Positions 10,711 to 25,547 of a stretch of DNA of 64,000 nt are shown here, piece by piece. The stretch covers positions 45,942,001 to 46,006,000 of the forward strand of contig NC_043004.1 in the NCBI RefSeq assembly GCF_006345805.1, in the 5' to 3' direction. Each line of letters begins with the position of its first letter. The stretch's first letter is position 1. This DNA is from Octopus sinensis (lineage: Eukaryota). Made by a program: the position numbers and the translations under genes. A model generated the notes under the pieces. It was not told the DNA's origin and ran no database searches. It worked only from the letters and a program-made list of their open reading frames with translations.

Positions 10711-12695
10711 TCAACACGGCTTCAGAGTGATTTTCCCATCGTTTCAAGATGTCAGATTTGTCAGTCAGCAGTGTCTGTATTCGATGAAAAAATAGGTGTA
10801 ACGCCGTGCTCTTGAGGACCCTACACTTCCTTGCTGCCATTATAAAAAGGCTTAAGAATCTTTTCTGTCTGCAGCTTCTTTGGAGTTCAGTAGCCTCGAA
10901 AGATCACCAAGCCTCCTTCATCTGCCTCAGATCATGTTGGACCTGGCCTCTGCATTTCTTGAAGGCGTTCTCTTTCTTGATGAGCGCTTATCCTTTATCC
11001 GTTTTGCGAGAGCTGTGCTCTTTATCTATCAACTGTTCGACATCTGTGATATCATCATCGAACCAATCTTGATGTTTACGAACAGGAAGTTCAAGAACGT
11101 CTACAGATGCAGAGTGCTTTCCAAAATGATTGTATGTCATCAATGATATCAACAGCGTTGATTGTATGTCATCATTGATGCAGTGTCCAACTTGATAGAG
11201 AGCTCAGCTTGTTTTTCAACAATTTTCAAAGCATAACAATAACGCGCTTAGGCACTGCTGACTTTTGTAGTGTTGTGTTTTTCAGATGGAATGTAGACTT
11301 AGTATGGAGAAGAGAATGGTCAAAGAGTTAGCAGGTGTTACGAAAGGAACGTGTAATGTTAAAGTCCCTAATATCTCGTTTCTTACTAATAACATAGTCT
11401 ATGAGATGCCAACACTTAGATCTAGAATGTATCCAGGTTGTCTTGCAAGAATTTCGCTGTTGAAAAAATTCATTTGTGATGCTTAGATTGAATTTCCAGC
11501 AGATGGAGAGCACACGCAGAACGCTGGAGTTCATCTGACCTACACCATGGCGACCAAGCACACCCTCCCATACCTGCTAGTCAGTACCAACACAAGAGTT
11601 AAAGTCACCCATAAGGCTACGTTTATCCCTATGGTGACAAACTGGATATGACGTCACGGAGCAGGTTGTAAAAATCACCTTTTCCTGCTCAGTGCTGGCC
11701 ATGGCTGGAGCAACTGACAAGCGTAGCATGAGTGCTGTGATCAAGTTAGTGTCGTGATGCAGATTGAAGGGATCTTGATATTTCTGTTTTGATGGCAAAA
11801 CCAACTCCAAAGTGGCGTGGTTCGTCTTCATTTCTTCCAAGCCAGAAAAATATGTATACATCTTTACTTTCTTCTAACTGTGATGATCCTGAGTTTCACT
11901 GAGTGCAGCTATGTCAACGTCGTATTTCTTTACTTCAAGGGCAACCAGTGCTGTTTTTCGTTCTGGTGATGAGTGACTGTCTTTGAGAGTGCGCACATTC
12001 CAAGAACCAATGTTAACATTCTTAGATTTCTTCGTGTTTCTAATGCGCTACTGAATAATTAGACAGCTGTAGCGGGCTGACAAGTTTAAGGTGAGTAAGC
12101 AATGCTTAGGTTTCCTTTTCTCGCCCCTCCTCCTGTTGGGCGAAGCAGTTCTGGGTCTAGACAGACCTGCTTTGTCACCACTGAAGGATACAGAAAGACA
12201 GTTACCCACAAGTTCTGTGCTGGAATAGCCTTCATCCAGTTGACACCGACTGTGCGGAGATCCAGCAAGAGATTTCCAGTAATATCTTTTACCTGTCACT
12301 GCCGCTTTCACTCTCTCACCAGAGGACCCTTTGCCGTATTGAATGAATAAATGTAAGTTGCCAGAAATCACACACATATGATTTGATTTGTGTGTTGAAG
12401 GCTTGTGTAGAACCAGCCGCACTTTTTGGAAGTGATGACATCAAGAATACGGTGCACATATGTCCCTTAATACCAAGAACAACATACCTCAGGTTTTTTT
12501 CTTCAGAGGTTTCCATTTCCTAGATGAACCACTATAAACAAGCGGGGGAGCTTTGTCTACCCTATGAGTCAGAGTTTGCTGATAGTACAACCTTGTTAAA
12601 GAGACCCTCAGCAACCAAAGACCTGGTTTTATATCAGAGTTTCCCTCTCCCAGATGGGATGCCTTCACCACAGTTAAGGTGCCCCATCTGTCCCC
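10711..12695 (-). mobile_element. RTE (Bov-B-like) LINE, 5' UTR + APE endonuclease + linker; 3' half absent
   Basis: Minus-strand translation gives NIGSWNVRTLKD..PERKTALVA, MGDFNS.VGTD, GRHGVGQMNS, TTWIHSRSKCWHLIDYVI, KHQDWFDDD and TLLTDKSDILKRWENHSEAVLN. RTE-type 5' UTR (ggagagggaaactctgatataaaacc). Confidence 0.9.
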
Positions 12696-13164
12696 TGTTA
12701 TATGAAATTAAATTCATCAAAAACCAAAAGGTATATACACATACACATATATAATTGGATGGCCGTTGAGTACTCATAAGTTCCTCCACCCTTTATGAGA
12801 GGTTTTATTTTCCGTCCTACGGGATGTCTAACTATAATCCTCCTCACTAAGCCAGCTTGGTGGGGTTGCCGGTTTATTCACCGACGACCGGATCATGTAA
12901 CAAGTTGTACTGGGTTATATATATAAATTAATATACATATATATATATATATATATATAGGTAGTAGTCTGGTGACTGAAAAAAGTAAATGGTAAAAGGT
13001 ATTAATTTATTTAAACTTATAATCATTTGATAGGTTTAAAATAAATTTCACCTTGAAATAAGTTCTGGGTTTAATATGATCCGTCGTAAATTATTAAGAG
13101 TGGTATGCCACCATAGATGTTGCTTAAGAATTGAAACTGGTATACGTGGAAATATAATAAAAAT

Positions 13165-13340
13165 AATAACTAGTTCTGATTTGAGCACCAGGCCAGTAAT
13201 TTTGAGGGCAGGATTATTAATTGATCGTACTTGAAGGGTACTTTATTTGCCGACCCCGAAGAAGTGAAAGGCAAAGTTGACTTCGGCATGTTATGAACTC
13301 AGCGTAAAAAAGCATTGAAGAACCACCGCATATTTTTTCT
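13165..13340 (-). mobile_element. SINE family B, old and diverged
   Basis: gccgaccccgaagaagtgaaaggcaaagttgacttcggc..gaactcag is the reverse complement of the B body. Confidence 0.6.
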
Positions 13341-14129
13341 CATTTCATCGCTTAACGCACTTTTTCATCCTCCACACTCATGTTAATTAAAATTGTTTCT
13401 TAGACGAGGAAGCAACTTGGAAGAAAGAATTAGTCAATTGCATGGACCCTCTTCCATCTCTCTACTCCAGTTTTCTTTTCACGTCCCCAAAAGTATGAAA
13501 TGCCACTTTGACTTCCTTTGAACTCATAATATATAGATCGGAAAGTAATAAGGTAATGTATTGTGCTCGTTGCTTTAACTATTTTCCCAGTCCAGTGCGT
13601 AATAACAATATTTTTAAAACACCTCCGAAAAAATGAAATACGTAGTTGACTGTAGCGGTATTTGATCACAAAAGTTAAAATCATGAAGAAATACGGCAAG
13701 GCATTGTGCTCGACGCTGTAACTAACCTGTCAGTCCAGTGTCCAATAAAATCATATACAGTGTAACTACTGAAAGAGCTGAAATAGGTTGTAGGTAGCAT
13801 GCTCATTCGTTCTTCAATGTTTTTATATGAAATTCCACAGAAATCGTTCATGCTTTTTCATCCATAAAGTGTTGATAACTACCAGTGATAATTTAAAGTA
13901 GATAGATGGATGGATAGATCGACGCCAAACATTGTTTAATAAGGATTACTGTCAGTTCAATTGAATTCAGTACATTGCTGGTATTTATTTTGTCGACTAC
14001 GCATGAGTAAAACGCAAAAGTAAATTTGAAATTAGTAAGATTAGAACTCCATATCTAAACAGATAAAGCACAATGCTTTATTGAATTTAAGCTGACCTAC
14101 AATGCCTGCTTCCAACTGTCTTCCATCGT

Positions 14130-14309
14130 TTGAGGTTACAGATATATAGATAGATGAATAGACAGACAAATAGATAAACATTTGAATAGATGGGTAGACA
14201 GACAGACACATAGTGACGGGCAAGCAGATACATAGAAAGGCAGACCAGCATAGAGACAGAGAGACAGACACATAGAAAGACAGGCATAGAGACAGATAGA
14301 CAGACGGAC

Positions 14310-14355
<46 letters not shown>

Positions 14356-14376
14356 GTAGATAGATAGGTAAATAGG

Positions 14377-14426
<50 letters not shown>

Positions 14427-14446
14427 TACAGACAGACAGACAGACT

Positions 14447-14479
<33 letters not shown>

Positions 14480-14480
14480 G
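14130..14480 (+). repeat. (GATA/GACA)n microsatellite
   Basis: Direct reading. Confidence 0.95.
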
Positions 14481-15207
14481 AGGAAGACTGAACAAAAAGA
14501 TTTAGAAAGAAAGCATTAATGATAATTAAGAAGAGAGACGAATGATCATGTGAGAGAGAAGCGAAGAAATAGAATGAGAAAGTTAGCAGCGCGGAGGAGA
14601 CAGATAAAGAGAACGTGTGATTGTGAGAGAGCAGATATAAATCAATATAACAATATAACGATATAACAATATAGGTTTTAGCCAAAAGCGTATCATCAAT
14701 AGAGAATAGAGAAGTGACAAACATGGCGTCATTAGAAAAGCAATGTTAATAGAACAACGTTACGTTGCTATCCAATCAGTCCGTGGATAGCCTTATGAGT
14801 AGCCGGTATGGTTGAAAGGGAGAACTAACGGAGAAATGTTAAATGAGAAGGGCGGTAGGATGGCGAGTGGAACGGTAGAAGGAAGCAGGGAAGGTGGAGG
14901 AGAAATAGTGTGAGTATTAGAGGAATAGAGGAGAATTAACGGAAAATAAACAGAAATCAATGGAGCGAGATATACTAAGAGATTTATCGGGGAGAAAAGT
15001 GATTGAGAGAGGGAAAGGGATGGAGATAGAGGGTGGGAGATAGTTAGAGAGGAAGATTGGGAAGGAGAGAGGGAGAGAGAGAGAAAGAAAGAGAATAAAT
15101 AAGAATAAGTGGACTGAGCCATAGCAAGCAGACATTATATATTACACAGACACATATATATATACACATGCATATATATATATACATATATGTATAAATA
15201 TTCTGTA

Positions 15208-15262
<55 letters not shown>

Positions 15263-15393
15263 GTAACCAACTAACTGTCTAACACTCTGTCAATCACTCT
15301 CTCTCTCTCCTCTCTCTGTATACATATATATATATATATATGATGTATGTGCATATATATACACATACATATGTATATATACACATGTTTATG

Positions 15394-15429
<36 letters not shown>

Positions 15430-15546
15430 TCTATGTATGTATTCAAAATTGTCAAGAGAACCGGAGTGCAAAAGGAAAGCAGACAGATAAACAGGAGGAA
15501 AAGAATAGAGGCAAACGTAAGATGGCGGGAGAGTTAGAGGTTGTGA

Positions 15547-15585
<39 letters not shown>

Positions 15586-15975
15586 ATAGATACATATAGA
15601 CACGCATGCACAGAAAGAGACTGTGCCAAAAAGAGAGTGTGAAAGAGATACGAAGACAATGAAATGTGAGAAGTAGTCAGACAAACAATGAAACAGAATG
15701 AGATACATTAATCAAAGTGTTCGGACATTGTTATAAAAAGCCAGGACATTGGAAAGTTCAGAGGAAAGCATTAAACTGAGAATATGGCCGCTACGCATAT
15801 GCATACATAGAAATATATAGTTCTAGCTACGTCTGAGTATACATATATGTATATATGCAGGCTTGTATGTCTTTATATGTTTGTATATATATATATATGC
15901 ATTTATGTATATATGCATGCTTGTGTGCCTATATATATATATATGTTTATATACAGATATATATATATATATATA

Positions 15976-16052
<77 letters not shown>

Positions 16053-16485
16053 ATATACATGTATATACTTGTATATCGAAAGACATACAGGCACGCATAT
16101 ATATATTTATTTATATATATATATATACTTTTGTATGTATCTGTATTAGTTTGCTTGATATTATTGAAGATACTGAGGAATGTGTCTAATGATTGGCTGA
16201 ATTCCAACTGGAAAAGCAATGACAAACGAATTCTTAGCTTAGAATTAATGGCATCAAGTTGCAATGCATAGATCTCTTATAGTAAATCAGCTTTGTGTGT
16301 ACGTACATGCATATATACATACATGTGCACATACCTGAACGTACTTATGCAGACCTACATTGAAACACACACACACATCTATCTATCCCCTATGTATGAC
16401 TATGTACTTGGTTGTGTAAATATGCGTACGTGTATGTTTTTGTATGTCTGTTTGGGTCTCCCATTTTCCATCGCAATATATTTAC

Positions 16486-16516
<31 letters not shown>

Positions 16517-17659
16517 CGAAAGTACGTATGTGTGTGTGTATATTATATATGTATATATATATATTATATATTATATATTATATATATATATGTATGTATA
16601 TATATATATATATATAATATATATATATATATGTATGTATGTATGCGTGTTTTCCTATCTGTTGGCCTCTTTTGTGATTGTTATAGTGATAACTTAGCTT
16701 TCCTTAGGGAGAAATAAATAAATAAATAAACACATGATTAAGCAAATAAATATCAAACTGGTCTTTTTTTATTTTTATTCTATTTTATCTTTTTACTAGT
16801 CGATTTCGCTCGTAATTATCATCATGAATATTGGTTAAGGACACAGAAGATCTGTAAGATAGTGTCGACAGAGGAGTAGGGAACTGAAACGGAAAGCTTC
16901 TGTTTCGTATTCTCTATTGTAAGGGATAAGTATTGCCAGCGAAATAGAGAATGATTACTTGAAATAATAAACAGCTTCAGAGCATGAGGTAAAAGAAGAA
17001 AAAAATCGCTCTTTTTGAGCATAACGTACATGCTTATATAAACATGCCTAGCTCATACTTATCACAGACATGAACATTAACGGTTGAACCAATCAGAGGT
17101 CCTCAACTCAGAAACGATTTGATCGATCAAACACCTCGAAACAGAATCACTCAAAGTCCTTATGAATCATTCGTTATCATCTTTAGCTTATCTACCCTTA
17201 TATCTCGAAGTATTTTGTAAATAAAAAAGTGAGATGGCTTCACCTATCTGCTTGATAAGGGTAAATCTAGCGTACAGTAGAAATATCAACTATAGCACCT
17301 AAAGTTTGTTCTGATGTAACAATTATGTGATAGGTCGTAAAGCTGCATTTTATTCCATTATCTAGCATCACTAACAGAATTAACTCTCCTAATTTCATCA
17401 TTATCTATGATTCTTTCCAACATTCTGAACCAAACATTTATTCGCTCCTCTGGAATACATTTATCTAGAATTCTGTCTTTGCGCAGGCTGTTCAGACTAA
17501 ATTTGGCGATACTTCATATCCCCCTTTATGAGAAACTCCTTGATGCATTGATGAACAGCCATCGGTGAAGAAGAGCATAACTATTAAATTTGTAATTGAG
17601 GAAGAGTTAGCTGACCTAGAGAATTGAAAGTCAAATGTATCACCTGTATTGTGATGTTA

Positions 17660-18600
17660 CGAACTGGGTACGAAATGCCGATATCATGACTGCTGCTCAA
17701 TTATAAAGACCTTGAAGGCTGTAAGAGGTGACCCTGGTATATTGAGGGAAGCACTCCGTCGGTTACGACGATGAGGGTTCCGGTTGATCCGAATCAACGG
17801 AACAGCCTGCTCGTGAAATTAACGTGTAAGTGGCTGAGCACTCCACAGACACGTGTACCCTTAACGTAGTTCTCGGGGATATTCAGCGTGACACAGAGAG
17901 TGACAAGGCCGGCCCTTTGAAATACAGGTACAACAGAAACAGGAAGTAAGAGTGAGAGCTTTAGGTGTTTTCGCTCAATAAACACTCACAACGCCCGGTC
18001 TGGGAATCTAAACCGCGATCCTATGACCGCGAGTCCGCTGCCCTAACCACAGGGCCATTGCACCTCCTCCTGGTATATACAATAGAGACTACGAAGCTGT
18101 GGCCATAAGAAAAGGACAGAACACACTTTTTGACTGCGTCTGCACGCAAAGGTTCGTCCCCATTTCCTGAAAAGGGCCTTAGGCTCAATGCAGACGGCTA
18201 TGTGAATCTGCAGAAGACTGTTGTCAATGCCTGGCTGAAGAGGTTTGCTGCTGGGAGGCCATAATTGTGGCAACAGGATTTGGTTCCTTGTGATACCCCC
18301 GGAAAGAGTCAGATGTGGCTCTCGGAGAACTTCTATGATTTCACCAGCTTCAGTTTCTGGCCTCTTTATTGCCTCGATTATAATCTTATGAATTAATATG
18401 TGAGGGGCGTGGTTGAGAAAGAAACCATTGCAAAACCAATGTCAACGTGGTCGCAAAGATCATGGAGGTGTTCAACGATCTTCCCTGGGACACAGTGAGG
18501 AACGCATGCGCCAGGTTTCGGAGTCGTCTTGAGGCTGTGTGGGCGACTATGTTGAGTAAATTGCTATCTCCCAGCAACAATGAAGATGATATGCTTTGAT
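17660..18600 (+). mobile_element. maT/DD37D-like Tc1/mariner transposase relic interrupted by a SINE
   Basis: RLNADGYVNLQKTVVNAWLKRFAAGRP*LWQQDLVPC, WLSENFYDF..FWP and KIMEVFNDLPWDTVRNACARFRSRLEAV. The segment before the SINE (gccgatatcatgactgc) matches the copy at 35300. Confidence 0.7.
17748..18067 (-). mobile_element. SINE family C, tail type 1, with an internal deletion
   Basis: Reverse complement of 36548-36917 lacking the ccacgaggctccggcagg segment. Confidence 0.9.
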
Positions 18601-19194
18601 GTTGTTTAAATTCTTGCTTTTTGGATAGGATAATTACATTTTCCCCTTACCAGAAACAGTCACATTTAGCATGAATATCGTTTACTTTCTCTTTCTGTGG
18701 CTTTTTTTCATACATACCACTTCGCTTTTTCCCTCCCTCTTTCTCTCTCTCTTGCCCTGTATCTCTTTCTTTCTAGCGGTCTATGATTTCACAACAACTA
18801 TTCAAACAAAACATTGCAGAAAAGACACTGAGAGAAGGGTTTACAACATATAACTATATTTCAGTGCCGGGGAGACTTTTAACTCGTAAACTGACAATGT
18901 TTTTTTCTATATATACGAAAGGAAATATTAACAAAACAAAGAAAGTATCCATTTCGAACGTACCGTAATATATCAAATGAAATACTTTTACGTTAGTATT
19001 GTTTTTCTTACATTTCACAATTTCGTTGTCACGTCTAGGTGTTTGATAAGTTTACTGCGAAACTGTTTTGTACCGTGATAGATTTTCTTACACGTTAATT
19101 TAAGCAATGTATTTTTTTTTTACCTTGAACTCACGCCCGTCAACAATTTGTAAGAGAAAATTAAGACAAATATTATGTGGAAGACTCTCAGAAC

Positions 19195-19199
<5 letters not shown>

Positions 19200-19254
<55 letters not shown>

Positions 19255-19278
19255 GTCACTCTTACCCTTACCTCATTT

Positions 19279-19320
<42 letters not shown>

Positions 19321-19410
19321 ACTCTTACCCTTACCTCATTTGTTCTCTCTCTCTCTCTCTCTCTCTCTGTCACTCTTACCCTTACCTCATTTGTTCTCTC
19401 TCTCCTACCC
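19200..19410 (+). repeat. (CT)n array with 3 copies of gtcactcttacccttacctcatttgtt
   Basis: Direct reading. Confidence 0.9.
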
Positions 19411-20486
19411 TCTTTATCTCTCCCTCTCCACCTATTTTTCTCATGAATATACTGGAGCTAGTTGCTAGAATATTTGATCTTCGATCGCGAGTCAAGTACC
19501 AGATATATACACGCGCGAGCGCGTGCGTCTACCTGTGTATGTATATAAGTATACATACACATTTATGTTGGTGATTTGGGGGTGTGAATGTGAATGTGAG
19601 CGCGCATTAACTTCGACATGAGATGAAGATACATTTCTCTTCATCAAAGAATACCGCTTGGCGGCATATAGTTCTGTCCGAGTTATCTCCATTTAGACCA
19701 ACATCTACATACCTTTAGTGTTTAATGAAATCAGTCACTTATATACTAATGTACAGTGGTTGGTGCAATCGATTAAAACTATTAAAGGATTCATGACCGC
19801 AGTCAAATCAAATAATATTAAAGGGAATATATCGTGTATTTCAACCTTCCTCTATTTATTAAGTTGCTACTGTCACGTTAAGCGAATTTTGCTTTGCTTC
19901 CTAATTAGAATAAAATCATATAAATCTACAGAGGGCCGTTTCAATATGTTCCTTTATATGGTCTGAGATAATCGACTAAGTACTGATCAAAAATTGAATG
20001 AAAGGCCGAATATATTTAGTGACCTTAAAGACCTACCTTATGTAGGTGCAATGATGGCAATGTGGTTAATATGTTGCTTTGCAAGAGAATGAAATTTCTT
20101 TTGTTCGATCCTTGTGCGTGAAGATTGTTTTGTATTACAGGCCGTCGTCAATTGAGTAAAATTTGATATGCAGAAGCTCATTATGCGTTAGCACACACAA
20201 ACATATACACGCACAGACACACACACACACGCACACGCACGCACACAACTAGATACGTACACACAGCAATACCAACGCATTCACACAAACACATACGAAC
20301 ATACATATCAACACCAACGCACTCATACACTTATCATCTCACCTCTCACCGTCAAATCTAACTGCATCTGCTAATCTGTCTTGTACCACTTCCTTAAGCA
20401 TACATCACATATTCACACATACGCGCGCGCACACACACATATATAGGTATATATACGTATGTATGTATACCTATATATATATATAA

Positions 20487-20720
20487 AGGCAGCGAACTGG
20501 CAGAAACGTTACCACGCCGGGCGAAATGCTTAGCGGTTTTTCGTCTGCCGTTACATTCTGAGTTCAAATCCCGCCGAGGTCGACTTTGCTTTTTATCCTT
20601 TCGGGGTCGATTAAATAAGTACCAGTTACGCACTGGGGTCGATATAATCAACTTAATCCGTTTGTCTGTCCTTGTTTGTCCTCTCTGTGTTTAGCTCCTT
20701 GTGGGTATTAAAGAAATAGG
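20487..20720 (+). mobile_element. SINE family B, full length and low divergence
   Basis: tRNA-like head (ctggcagaaacgtta...gagttcaaatccc) and tail cttgtgggtattaaagaaata. Confidence 0.9.
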
Positions 20721-20744
20721 TATATATACGTATGTTTATAGATT

Positions 20745-21700
20745 ATTGAACCAAGCTTGTTTTCGCTGCCAAAAGGGGGTAAAGAGCGATAGAGAGACAA
20801 GTGTAGATGAAATATATGGGAGGGAGAGGTATGTCACCACATCAATGATGGTTGAGAACATTCGCAGTTTTCTGGGTGAAGTTGGCCGTGTTTGCATATG
20901 GACATTAACGTACAGTTTGTACTTGTAGCAACTGTACATAGAATTATTCATGAAGGTCGTATCATGCACAAATTTTGTGAAAACATTGCTCTGTGACGAA
21001 CAGAAGTAAAGAGGTGGATATGACCGCAAAGAGATGGTTGAGCTCATTCCTTCCAATCAAAGATTATTTAAATCTCCGTTGACTTGTGATGAAAGCTGGA
21101 TCTACTGCTACTGCTACGATGCAGAGGCCAAAAGACATATTATCCAATGTCAGCATCCCTGATTCCCTCAGATCCAAGAAGGCCCGGCACCTCTGTCCTC
21201 CGGGAGGTTCATGATGACCCTCTTTTTCGACAGCAAGGACGTCATTAACATCCACCGTTTTTCACTTAGCCAGGCGGTAGGTCAATAAGAAGTAGTTTAT
21301 GGAGATATTCAGTAAGTTCAGAAATAGGTTTCGTTGCACAATGTGAGACGTCATCCAATCGGGTCGGTAGTGCTTGCCCCAGGACAATATACCTGTTCAG
21401 AATTCCATCCTAGCAATCAATCCCTTGGCAGAGACTGGCATCAAAAGTTTTCCCGTGATCTCCCTACAATACAGGCCTTGCTTCCTGTGACTTTTGGTTG
21501 TTCCCCAAGTTGAAGGAGAGCCCCTCGTGGTCAGTAATTTTGAAGAAATTGAGAAGAGGCAGGCAGATATGACAAGGGTTCGGGATACCTTTATTTTGAA
21601 TGTCTTCCGTGTGGACTTCACAAAGTGTAACAGCTGCACTGAAATCAGAGGATGGTTTCAAACAGAAACATCTGATGCATTTTCCGAAGCTTATATAGTC
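20745..21700 (+). mobile_element. Mariner DD34D transposase pseudogene (near complete)
   Basis: TTSMMVENIRSFLGE, LTCDESWIYCY, MMTLFFDSKDVI, QDN.PV, PCDFWLFPKLK and NFEEIEKRQADMTRV across frameshifts. Confidence 0.85.
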
Positions 21701-21757
21701 ATACAAATTTCACCTGTGAGTTAATAAAATATAGAAAATATCTATGTATATGTATAC

Positions 21758-21758
21758 A

Positions 21759-21850
<92 letters not shown>

Positions 21851-21873
21851 CATCTATCTATCTATCTATCTAT
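21758..21873 (+). repeat. (TATC)n microsatellite
   Basis: Direct reading. Confidence 0.95.
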
Positions 21874-22288
21874 CTGTGTGTGTGAATGTATCTGTGTACA
21901 TATTTGTTCACATAAAAATGCACACGTGCACACACATACATACACAGTTTTTCTTAATGATACGAACAACGTAATTCTCACCTTACATTAGAGCAGTGAG
22001 GAATTCTGCAATAAGTCGGAATGAGAGTGGACATACTACATGCGAAGGTATTCGTGCCGGAAATTAAGTAATATAATACCTATGGTATTATTTGAAAAAC
22101 TTAAGAACGTTCGATTGATTATCGATACCACCGCTGGTATGATTAATGAAAAATGGACTAAGACGATTATATTGGAAGTTCAGTTATTATTTGAGTGAAA
22201 TTCAACGTGTTTTTCTGTTATGACACACTAGATCAATCATATGAATTTCACTCTGTCTATTATTGTATCTCTATCCCTTTCCTCCTCT

Positions 22289-22350
<62 letters not shown>

Positions 22351-22919
22351 TATATATGGAGAAAGAGAGAGAGAAAGAGAGACAGACAGACAGACATACA
22401 TAGATAGATGGATGGGTGATAGATATACACGTATGCGTAATTTGTGGTGGCGTACAGATTTTCATTATGTATAAAAGGAACAGGTGGTCAGAATTTATAT
22501 AAATTCTACTTCTTGTGCGCTTTTATCCCCTTCAAATATTTTTCACGAATCGTGGGCTGGTGAAAACGTTTTCTATAATACATCTATGAGTTAGTTGGAA
22601 AAGGTCATGAGTTCAATTTGCTTTCTTGGCTTTCGGGAAAAAATAAAATAACGAGGCCTTTTCAGAGATGTTCGTGTTGAAAGGTCAAAAAAGGAGCCAC
22701 ATTTTATCAATTATAACCGATCGTTCGTTTTTTTAGGATTAAATGGCTGACAGGGATTTTCGTCACCTGTATATACAGTGGCTGCGTAGCTACAAAATTC
22801 CCTAAATCCTTGGGAAATACTTTTAAATACATGAGTAAATGTGAGTGTGAGACTGTGTGCGTTGGTGTGTGTCAATTTTCTTGAGTGTTATTTTTTTATC
22901 AGCACTGTTAATATCCATA

Positions 22920-23335
22920 AAAATTATTTCGTTTGGTTCATCAGGAAACATACTATTTTTCTAATGAAAAAATGTATTTTTATATAGTTTTTTTCACGTT
23001 GAGTTTAGGTGAAATCTTTTTAATGAAATGTATTTCCATTTCCTTCAAGTAATTTTGATCATCCTTTGGGCATGTATAGAATTGAAACCTCTCGAATCTA
23101 TTGCTCCCGCATAATTCTAAAGGCTTACTCAGTCGGATCTTACGTAATTCCACTTGTTTTATTTTCATGTATGAATATGTGAACGTTTACGAAAGGTGTT
23201 TCTAGTCTCGCTGTTATAATATTCTTAGCTATTGGGACACTTATTTGGAAGGACAATCCGTTCTTAAATTACGTACCAGGACCAATATCCAAAGATTAGA
23301 AAGTTTTGTCCACACAGGCTTTAACGGTACAAGCT
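22920..23335 (-). mobile_element. Penelope-like element GIY-YIG C-terminus plus decayed terminal HHR core
   Basis: ORF ...ELRKIRLSKPLELCGSNRFERFQFYTCPKDDQNYLKEMEIHFIKKISPKLN. CTGATGA-accaaac-GAAA lies at 22944-22927 just after the stop. Confidence 0.65.
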
Positions 23336-23479
23336 GAAGTACTTTAGTCGAACGAATCGACTCATGTATATATGTTTTAAAGGCTGGTACTTATTCCCTT
23401 GGGTTCTTATACTTGACCTCTAAATTAAAGGACTAACAAAGTAACACTGGTTTCAAGTGGTAGTGATAGTGGGCACATA

Positions 23480-23620
23480 TATATATATAGGACGGGCTTC
23501 TTTCTACTAAATCCACGAGAGAGCTTTGGTCAGCAAGGACTCTTATCCAAAAATTCACGCAAAGGGTATGTACCTGGAAACATGAAGTTGGGAAGTAAAC
23601 GTCATAGTACAAAGCCATGC
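23480..23620 (-). mobile_element. SINE family A head, degenerate
   Basis: gacgggcttctttctactaaatccac... Confidence 0.55.
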
Positions 23621-25222
23621 TATTGTCTGAATATATTCATTTTTCCGTTTTGATAACGTCAGAATATTGTGCCACGCGTATGAATCTACAAGCTGGCAAA
23701 TGGTTGGTTCTTTAAACATCTTCCCATTAAAAATATCTTTCACAAATCAACAGCTTATTTTAATTGCAACCTGGTTATAGCATGTCTTTAAAGATATACT
23801 ATTCAATATAGGTCTCAACCCCTGTTCAGATTAATAATTACATTTAACCCAGTCAGTTATCCTCCTTTATTTATAAACTGTTATAGGTAAAGGCGATTTC
23901 TGGATTTGATACATCAATCTTTGCAAGCAACTGGCATTATGAAACCCATTTTAATAGAAACTGTTGTAATACTATGTGAGATAGGATACAGAATGTAATG
24001 AATTATTATCAGCCAGCAAACTTAATGCATCTATAGTTCATACGTGTTCTTGCAAGCGTAGATAATTGGTCACATATCCGATTACCCACGCGTGCAACAC
24101 CTATGCATAAGTGAATATAGATGAAGCCAGCTCTAGAAAGAAGAAAGGAACAGCGGGCATCGAACAAATATCTGAATGATTAAAGTATCATTAAAATTAT
24201 ACAAGCTATAGTGAGAAAGATGAAAAAGACATCTAAAGCTTAATGTAAATATGCTTGGAAGCTCAAAGAGAACAACATGGACTATGCAATTAAATGAAGT
24301 ATTAGAGAACAAAGCAGGTTAGGCTATGTAAGAATGGAACAGAAAGATGCATTTTGTGCACTGCAGAGAATGATAATTTATTGCCATCTATAATATATAC
24401 TAACACTAATTGATTGTACATTCATACAAAATGTTCCCGTCATAACAGATATCTTTTAATTTAGTGTAACTGGGTTTCGCCCCATCTCTTTCCAAAATTA
24501 CTTTTATTACATATGTTGTCTAATTCTTTCATCAACGCGGAACCTATATTGTTTCACCGTTAGTATTTCACTAATTTGTATTTATTTGCCTTACTCCTAA
24601 TACTGCAAGATATAAATTTATACGCCACACACAAACAATTTCGCAAAAGCAAATCACGAGCATGTAGGACATTAACAAGAAGAGCATACAAGTATCCAAC
24701 AGGATATTAGTTATGCCATGGGTAGCAATTAGTGAACCGTAGACAATAAAAGATAGAGGGGCTTCATAAAAACAATGTAAGCAGTATAAAATTAAAGGCG
24801 TAGTAAAAACAAACAGGATATGGAACAATGTGGTAAATATAGAAAATTACCAAACTGGATATCGTAAACAGATCAATGACGCGCAAACTGATATACAGAA
24901 AAATTAAAATATAAAGCGACGTCGACAAGCAAGAGTAAATACGACCAATGAAAAGTGTAGAAAGACCGAGTTAAGCAAACACAAATGATAGATCAGACAT
25001 AGTTAACACCCATAAAGAAGCAAAGCCTGGAAACTGACTAATTTAAATGATGACCATAGATTAAAGCACGAAACACTCACTCATGCAGGAACACATACAC
25101 ACGTACACACACACGCACACACACACGCACACACGCACACACACACACCTACGAAGCCAGCACAAGAGTTGAAAACGAACTTCTCACCTGATAATCGCAG
25201 TGCTGTGAAAGTCAATATGTAT

Positions 25223-25256
<34 letters not shown>

Positions 25257-25547
25257 CTCAACATTTTAAAAGTGTAGTAATACATATAATGTTTAATAAA
25301 ATGATGTAGCGTGAAACGATCGTACCAAACTACCGAAGATATTCTTGTTGTTTATTTTAATTATATATATGTATGTATGTATGTATATGCGTGTGTGTAA
25401 GTGTGTATGCATGTGTGTATGTGTGTATGTATGTATGTGCGTGTATGTACGTATGTGTGTGTATGTATGTATGTGTGTGTGAGTGCGTGCGTGTATGCAT
25501 GTATGCCGTTTCCTTTCTCTTTCTAATTTAGATTGAATTTGACTGAC

